This document shows positions 58,580 to 64,000 of a DNA stretch of 64,000 nt, piece by piece. Position numbers and translations under genes: made by a program. The DNA is from an uncultured delta proteobacterium (lineage in GTDB: Bacteria > Desulfobacterota > Syntrophobacteria > BM002): the NCBI GenBank assembly GCA_963712115.1, contig CAVQGX010000031.1:160001-224000 (forward strand), written 5' to 3'. Position 1 is the stretch's first letter, and the number at the start of each line of letters is the position of its first letter. The notes under the pieces are model-generated. The model saw only the letters and a list, made by a program, of their open reading frames with translations. It was not told where the DNA came from and searched no databases.

Positions 58580-59375
58580 GAAAACCTGCCTGCTGCCCGC
58601 TGACTTTGCCCGGCACAAACATAGCCTGCGGTGCCCCGGTGTCGGGGTGTTCTATGATCTTCACCTCGGTTTGGTAAATGTTGGAAAGATTATCCGCGGT
58701 AAATGTCTCCAAGGTTGGACCATCAAGGCAAATTTGTCCGTCTTTTAAGAAAATCAACCTCTGGCAGTAGAGGGCAGCCAAATTCAGGTCGTGCATGGCA
58801 CAGATAAACGTACCATGTTGTTGATTCATTTCCAAAAAAAGATCAAACATCTGGACTTTATGGGCCACGTCAAGGTTGGCTGTGGCTTCATCCAGCAGCA
58901 TGATTGTTGCTTCTTGGGCCAAAGCCCTAGCAATAATCACCCGCTGGGCTTCTCCGCCGGAGACCTCGTTAATTCGCCGTTGTGCCAGATCCAGAGTGTC
59001 GGTGAGCCGCATAGCCTCAATGGCCTTGCTCAGATCATCTTCGCTGTTGGTGCCGAAGTCCCGTTGGTAGGGGTAGCGGCCCATAAGCACCACTTCGATG
59101 CATTTGAAAGGGAAGGAGATTTCCAGACGCTGAGGCACAGAAGCTTCAACCCGGGCCAATTCCCTGGTTGAATATGCAGCAAGATCACGTCCGGATACAA
59201 CAACCTTGCCAGCATGTAAGGGTACGACTCTGCTTAGACAATGGAGCAAAGTAGTCTTGCCGCTTCCATTAGGACCCAGCAAGCCGATGAGTTCACCCTC
59301 AGCAACATGAAAATCCAATCCGTGGAGCACTACAGTCTCACCATACTTTGCGGTTAAACTCTCCACCCTAATCAA
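58539..59375 (-). CDS. Cobalamin/Fe-siderophore ABC ATP-binding protein
   Basis: GPNGSGKT, VSGGE, LLDEAT, HDLNLA. Confidence 0.93.
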   Translation of the reverse strand: MIRVESLTAKYGETVVLHGLDFHVAEGELIGLLGPNGSGKTTLLHCLSRVVPLHAGKVVVSGRDLAAYSTRELARVEASVPQRLEISFPFKCIEVVLMGRYPYQRDFGTNSEDDLSKAIEAMRLTDTLDLAQRRINEVSGGEAQRVIIARALAQEATIMLLDEATANLDVAHKVQMFDLFLEMNQQHGTFICAMHDLNLAALYCQRLIFLKDGQICLDGPTLETFTADNLSNIYQTEVKIIEHPDTGAPQAMFVPGKVSGQQAGFHHEGHEGHEDVLR

Positions 59376-60525
59376 GGATCACCCCTCCCTTCCTTCGCTT
59401 GAGAAGAAGGCAAAAGAAAGGTCCCCCAACCAGAGCGGTAACCACGCCAACCGGTAGCTCCTCACCACCAGGTAAAAGGGTACGTGCAACCACGTCAGAC
59501 CAGAGCAAGGCCAGGCCACCAAGAAGAGCGCTAAGAATCATAAGCCGCTGGTGCGTAGCTCCCAGGCACATTCGAACCAGATGTGGAATTACTAAACCCA
59601 CGAAACCAATTACTCCAGAAACTGATACAGCTGCAGCTGTTAGTAGGCTTCCCCCTATTAAAAGACGGCTCCGCACCTTTTCTACTTCCACTCCTAATTG
59701 ACGGGCCTGTACTTCACCTAAAGTCAAAATGTCTAATTCCCTAGATCGCCTCAGCACCAGATACAAACCCAGGAGCATGTAAGGGAGGGAGAAGCCGACA
59801 TGGATCCAGCCTCTGCCCTGAAAACTGCCCATTACCCAAAAAACGATGGCTGAAACCGCCTCCTCGTCCAGTGCTTTGACCAAAGCAATGAGGGCTGAAA
59901 GAAATGTGGCCACCACAATTCCGGCCAACACCAGAGTGTCTCTCCTGACTCTTCCCTGAACCCGGCCGAGCATCAATACCAAGGTCAGGGCACCTAAGGC
60001 TCCCAGGAGAGCCAGCAGCGGAATGGTGCCAAGGCCGAGATAGGAAGTCCCACCTAAACCAAAGGCGAGAGCAAGGGCGGCTCCAAAAGCGGCTCCACTT
60101 GCTACCCCTATTGTAAAGGGATCGGCCAAAGGATTTCGCAAAACGCCCTGGAAAACAGAACCTGCTACGCCCAGTGCAGAGCCAACCAAAAATGATAACA
60201 ACACCCGACTTAAACGAATGTCGAAAACAACCAACAGGGGCGTGCGTTCAACCGTATCAGGCTGTAACAGTCCCAAGCCCTCACCAATGGCCTCGATCAC
60301 CGTCTTCCAAGGGAAATGCAACCGGCCAACCCCTGTGGCAGCTACAATCGACAGTAAAGACACCAAGGTCAAGGCCAAGAGCCCAAGTGCAAAGACCTTC
60401 CTGGATGCAGCCAGCTGACTGCGCAGCTCTCCTAATTTTGACGAGTTTTGATCCGATTTAGGCAAGAACTTATTCCATTTATTAAGCTTTGCAGATCGCT
60501 GGCCGATTCTCATGCTTCGTCTCAA
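59368..60525 (-). CDS. FecCD/BtuC family ABC permease (start may be 60513)
   Basis: RNPLADP, GFVGLVIPH, ELPVGVVTALVGGPFF. Confidence 0.93.
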   Translation of the reverse strand: MRRSMRIGQRSAKLNKWNKFLPKSDQNSSKLGELRSQLAASRKVFALGLLALTLVSLLSIVAATGVGRLHFPWKTVIEAIGEGLGLLQPDTVERTPLLVVFDIRLSRVLLSFLVGSALGVAGSVFQGVLRNPLADPFTIGVASGAAFGAALALAFGLGGTSYLGLGTIPLLALLGALGALTLVLMLGRVQGRVRRDTLVLAGIVVATFLSALIALVKALDEEAVSAIVFWVMGSFQGRGWIHVGFSLPYMLLGLYLVLRRSRELDILTLGEVQARQLGVEVEKVRSRLLIGGSLLTAAAVSVSGVIGFVGLVIPHLVRMCLGATHQRLMILSALLGGLALLWSDVVARTLLPGGEELPVGVVTALVGGPFFCLLLKRRKGGVILD

Positions 60526-60599
60526 GGACCTCTTTGGGCGGGGATCCGCCCCTACTCTTCTTCCTGGCCCCTGACCTCTAACCCCTGACTCCTAAATTT

Positions 60600-61487
60600 C
60601 TACTGAAAATGACTGAACGCCGTCTTCAAATGATCCAGCCAAATATCAACAAACTCCTGATACTCAGCCAATCCTTTGAGCACCGGCTCGCATTTTATTC
60701 CTTCCTTTTCCAGGATTGATTTCCAGGAGTTTTCCTCCGGTCCCACCATGTCGTTTCTGGCATGATCCCCGGCCACAGACATTAATGGCATCAAGTAGGC
60801 CTTCTTGAGACCTCCTTTCTTGAGATCCTTTATGACGTCGTCTATCTCGGGCCAGCCCGCCACCGTGCCCACAAATATATTGGGGTCCAATTTATGCAGA
60901 TGATAGTTTAGAGCGGCATAGTAGACATCGGCAGGATGGTGGGTACCATGGCCCATAAAAACCACTGCATCGTTCTTCTTTCGCTCAGGAGGAATGATCT
61001 TGATCATAGCCTCTGCTACCCGCTGCAGGTCCTCACTGGTGGCCAGCAAAGGATAACCAACCGAGACTGTCTCTATTCCTTTGCTCATACCTTCAAATCT
61101 GCGGACGTTTTGCACCAGGCCGTGGAACTCCTCCCCTGGGATCACGTGCAGTGCTTGCACCGCCACATGAGTGAATTTCTCCCCCATCATTCTGGCCAGA
61201 GCCTCCGCGGGTGTGACCAAATGCTTTCCCTCTTTAGCCATTTTGGCGATTATTATGCGGGAGGTGTAGGCCCACTCGACCTCCACTCCGGGAAATGCCT
61301 TCTTTACGGAGCGATCGATGTTCTCAAAAGAGACCTGAGCTTCGGGAACGGTGCTCCCGAAAGCCACCAAAAGAATTCCTTTTTTCATTGGCCCTTTCTC
61401 ACCGTGAGCGTAAATGGGGGATCTGGGCAAAACCAATGAAACCAGGACAAGCGGGACAATGGCTTTCATGATGATGTAAATCCTCAT
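60600..61487 (-). CDS. cbiK: Sirohydrochlorin cobaltochelatase with signal peptide (periplasmic CbiK type)
   Basis: ILLVAFGS, HVIPGEEF, FMGHGTHH, VAGDHARNDM; hydrophobic N-terminus. Confidence 0.93.
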   Translation of the reverse strand: MRIYIIMKAIVPLVLVSLVLPRSPIYAHGEKGPMKKGILLVAFGSTVPEAQVSFENIDRSVKKAFPGVEVEWAYTSRIIIAKMAKEGKHLVTPAEALARMMGEKFTHVAVQALHVIPGEEFHGLVQNVRRFEGMSKGIETVSVGYPLLATSEDLQRVAEAMIKIIPPERKKNDAVVFMGHGTHHPADVYYAALNYHLHKLDPNIFVGTVAGWPEIDDVIKDLKKGGLKKAYLMPLMSVAGDHARNDMVGPEENSWKSILEKEGIKCEPVLKGLAEYQEFVDIWLDHLKTAFSHFQ

Positions 61488-61594
61488 GTCTTTCTCCTTT
61501 GCTGTCGTTCAAGGAAGCCACATCAAAACCCATGTCAAAAAGGATTTGTCCCGCCGCTACTGCCCCGGCTCCGCCCTTGGATGAATTGAACACC

Positions 61595-61632
61595 AAAAAA
61601 AAACCTTGAGCCCTGTGAAGGACTCAAGGTTT
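61595..61632 (-). terminator. Intrinsic terminator, riboswitch expression platform
   Basis: Minus strand AAACCTTGAGTCC-loop-GGGCTCAAGG followed by a T run, between riboswitch and cbiK. Confidence 0.8.
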
Positions 61633-61717
61633 GCACCCAGTTTTCTTTGACCTCGAGTGGAGTCGGTATCCGCGTACCGCAAACCGGTAATTTTGCCATC
61701 ATCACCGATTGAGTAAG

Positions 61718-61975
61718 AACGGCAGGTCTTCTGGCTCTCCCGATCTCCGGCTCGCCTTCCCACCCCGCTTGGTCCCGAGTTATTTAGAGGGACTTACGAG
61801 ACAGTGACTTTAACCCCGGGCAGGTCTCTGTATGGGGATCTTCCAAGCCTGCTTCCCATCCCGGGGTATACCGAAAAATGACACCCCACCTGCGGTGAGG
61901 TCAGGATTACAGCGGCGGGACCGCTCCCGATTCGCACGGGATTCCCTTTTAACCCTTTCGGTACCGTCCTTTATT
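61718..61975 (-). promoter_or_regulatory. Cobalamin riboswitch
   Basis: Minus strand GGT..AAAAGGGAATCCCGTGCGAATCGGGAGCGGTCCCGCCGCTGT, GTCACTG, GGGAAGG, GAGCCAGAAGACCTGCC; upstream of cbiK operon. Confidence 0.93.
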
Positions 61976-61983
61976 AGCTGGAT

Positions 61984-62013
61984 ATCATACCAGCGGTCAC
62001 AAAAATCAGTCAA
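61984..62013 (-). promoter_or_regulatory. Candidate sigma70 promoter for the riboswitch leader
   Basis: TTGACT-N18-TATGAT with TGn extension, immediately 5' of the riboswitch. Confidence 0.55.
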
Positions 62014-62029
62014 GCATTCATTTGTCGCT

Positions 62030-62125
62030 GAGCATGGAGCATGGGGCATGGAGCTAGATGATTTCGGATTGCGGATTGTGAAATTTTTGCCAGCCGCCTT
62101 CTGTCGTCTGACTTCTGACCTCTAA
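62030..62125. repeat. Composite heptamer-repeat cassette
   Basis: GCATGGA/GCATGGG, GATTGCG and TCTGACT blocks as at 50515-50640 but in different order. Confidence 0.55.
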
Positions 62126-62224
62126 TCGCCTCTGTATCCGACCCTGGGGCCTTGTAGCGGTGCTTGGATGACCTTGTTGGTTGTTGAACCCCAGTAGAAT
62201 ATTACGATTTAGGGTCTCAGTATT

Positions 62225-62977
62225 TCATTTTGAGAGTCCCGCTGGGCGGATTTCAAAATCGCAGATAAGGGGGACATGATCGGAAAGTTTCACCTGTGGT
62301 ATGAAAAAATCGGTTATCTCAATGCAAGGACTATGAAAAATATAATCCAGTTGCCTTCTCGGCGACCGACTGGGGTGAGAGGGTTGCCCTTCACCGTTTG
62401 CACTTCTTAGACCCGTAGCGGCGAGAAACAATTGCAATTCCTGATCACCCCAGAAAACATTGAAGTCGCCGGCAACTATAACCGGTTTTTCTAAATCTTT
62501 GACCATTCGATGAAGTTCTTGAAGCTGGTGATGGCGATGGCGAAATTTCAAAGAAAGGTGTACAAGAAAAATGTTGAAATCCTGCAACTCTAACTCGATT
62601 ACCAGACGTTTTATGCCCTCATTGAAGTAATGAAACCTGTGGGAGATAATCTTCTGGCTGGTTAATATGGCATTACCCTGCTTGTTCACCACCGGCACTT
62701 TTTGCGCCAAGGAATCGCTGGGATACTTTGACTGGTAGACATGATACTGCTTTATTTCACTTGCGATGGCTTCTGCCTGGTTGTGCTTTTCCGCCCGGTA
62801 AGACCCACTGTCCACCTCAAGCAGGCCGATGATATCTGGATTGACCTCTCTTACGAAATCAATAATCTGACTTAGATTTCCGTTGGTGCGCTTGAAATAG
62901 CCACTGTAAGGAACCGGTAAGTGAAAACGCTTGCCTATTCCTGCACCGTAGCGGATATTGTACAAAAGAAATCGCAT
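62225..62977 (-). CDS. Endonuclease/exonuclease/phosphatase family protein
   Basis: YNI, L.EVD, GNAIL, VAGDFN, LDYIF, SDH.P. Confidence 0.92.
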   Translation of the reverse strand: MRFLLYNIRYGAGIGKRFHLPVPYSGYFKRTNGNLSQIIDFVREVNPDIIGLLEVDSGSYRAEKHNQAEAIASEIKQYHVYQSKYPSDSLAQKVPVVNKQGNAILTSQKIISHRFHYFNEGIKRLVIELELQDFNIFLVHLSLKFRHRHHQLQELHRMVKDLEKPVIVAGDFNVFWGDQELQLFLAATGLRSANGEGQPSHPSRSPRRQLDYIFHSPCIEITDFFIPQVKLSDHVPLICDFEIRPAGLSK

Positions 62978-63262
62978 GTTACCTCAGTTCTAGACCTTGT
63001 CTCTGCTGGCTGATGTCAATCTTGGAATTAAACATAGACATACAACCTGCGCCAGTCAACTGCAAAAATAAAATAAAAATTAAGATTAACTCAAGAATAG
63101 AAAAAAGGCCACCTTGGTGCAAGGTAGATTAGAGCAACTTTCGTGCCTTTCTGCGCAACTTTTTTCAAACCTTCACCGTCCTCCGCTACTAAATAGACCG
63201 AATAGCCAGGGAAACTAAACCAGCAGCACAGCAGGTGGGTTTTGCAAGTACTGGCGGACTTC

Positions 63263-64000
63263 CTACTTTCCCAGAATCTTTTCAAGACCCTTGCCGAACT
63301 CCTTGATCACATCTTCCGCGACCTTCCCGCCTTCCTTAGCCCCCTTTTTCCCCGCCTCAGACACTCCCTTGACGGGGCGGATTCGAATCTTGGGATCTTC
63401 TAGAGCGCCCTCTAGAGTTACATGCACCCTGGTCAACTCTGTCCCGGCTTTACCAACTATTGGGAATATACCGAGAACCTTGTCCAGAGTGCCAAAAATG
63501 CCTATGTCTGCATTCATGTTCAGCTGCTTCTTCACCAGATCTATATCGCCATTGGCATCCAGTTCTAGGGCGGGGCTTTCCATAGCGAGTTTGCTTATGT
63601 TCATCTTGCCACTTTGCAGGAGTGTTTTTGCCTTTATGGATTTGTACGGGACTCCCTCAGTGGCTAAATCCTTCATCGTCTTACCTGAGAGGATGTTACT
63701 TACACTGAGAAAGTTGAGTAGTTCAAAAAAAGCTTTGCCGGCCTGGCCGAGCTTGTATATGCGCCCGGGGCCCAACTCTGCCTCCACGTTCCCTCGCAAG
63801 CTCCTCAGTATGGTAAGGGTGCTTCCAGTAGTGCCTTGCAGCTGACCCTTCAGGTTGAGAGGCCCATTTACTGAAGGCTTGTTTGTGCCTAGGAGTGGCG
63901 CCATCGACTCCAATGGAACTGCTTCAATGGTTGGCTGCAGTGCAAATGGAATCTCCTGGAGGCTACGTAGATCCGCAGAGCCCTGGGATTGGATGCGCCC
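63263..64000 (-). CDS. AsmA-like C-terminal region protein; 5'-truncated by window edge
   Basis: Frame open to base 64000; L..L.G......G.I, G.IDL, GALEDPKI patterns. Confidence 0.75.
   Translation of the reverse strand, partial: GRIQSQGSADLRSLQEIPFALQPTIEAVPLESMAPLLGTNKPSVNGPLNLKGQLQGTTGSTLTILRSLRGNVEAELGPGRIYKLGQAGKAFFELLNFLSVSNILSGKTMKDLATEGVPYKSIKAKTLLQSGKMNISKLAMESPALELDANGDIDLVKKQLNMNADIGIFGTLDKVLGIFPIVGKAGTELTRVHVTLEGALEDPKIRIRPVKGVSEAGKKGAKEGGKVAEDVIKEFGKGLEKILGK

Noticed and set aside
61399-62125. Short ORFs over the cbiK leader
   Set aside because: They overlap the cobalamin riboswitch, terminator and repeats; no coding features

Overview
Bacterial genomic window with gene content and intergenic style typical of a deltaproteobacterium (Desulfobacterota-like; inference). 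The backbone is mostly metabolic and transport genes: a TetR-regulated RND efflux operon, a tungstate ABC transporter (tupABC) with an HTH-PBP regulator, glyoxylate-shunt genes (divergent malate synthase, aceA, aceK), and a cobalamin-riboswitch-controlled cbiK/ABC/cbiL/cobQ cluster. No rRNA, tRNA or CRISPR array was seen. Two things stand out. (1) Four co-oriented, inverted-repeat-bounded intergenic elements (2469-3119, 14832-15818, 48592-49073, 55015-55302) are built from a ~135-nt four-way-junction module that keeps its pairing despite divergent sequence. One copy carries an intact GxxExxY PD-(D/E)XK nuclease gene between two modules, one keeps a decayed remnant of that gene, and two are ORF-less. 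A second GxxExxY element with different ends, plus an empty copy of it, is also present. (2) A four-gene locus (39637-45711) encodes an RHH-PilZ regulator, a secreted subtilase with two internal (AADGG)n tracts, a HAMP-GAF-HD-GYP sensor and an orphan peptide-binding protein, which could be a peptide/c-di-GMP signalling circuit. Intergenic regions also hold many heptamer-repeat hairpins. All structures and alignments were read by eye; product calls rest on motif recognition, not database searches.
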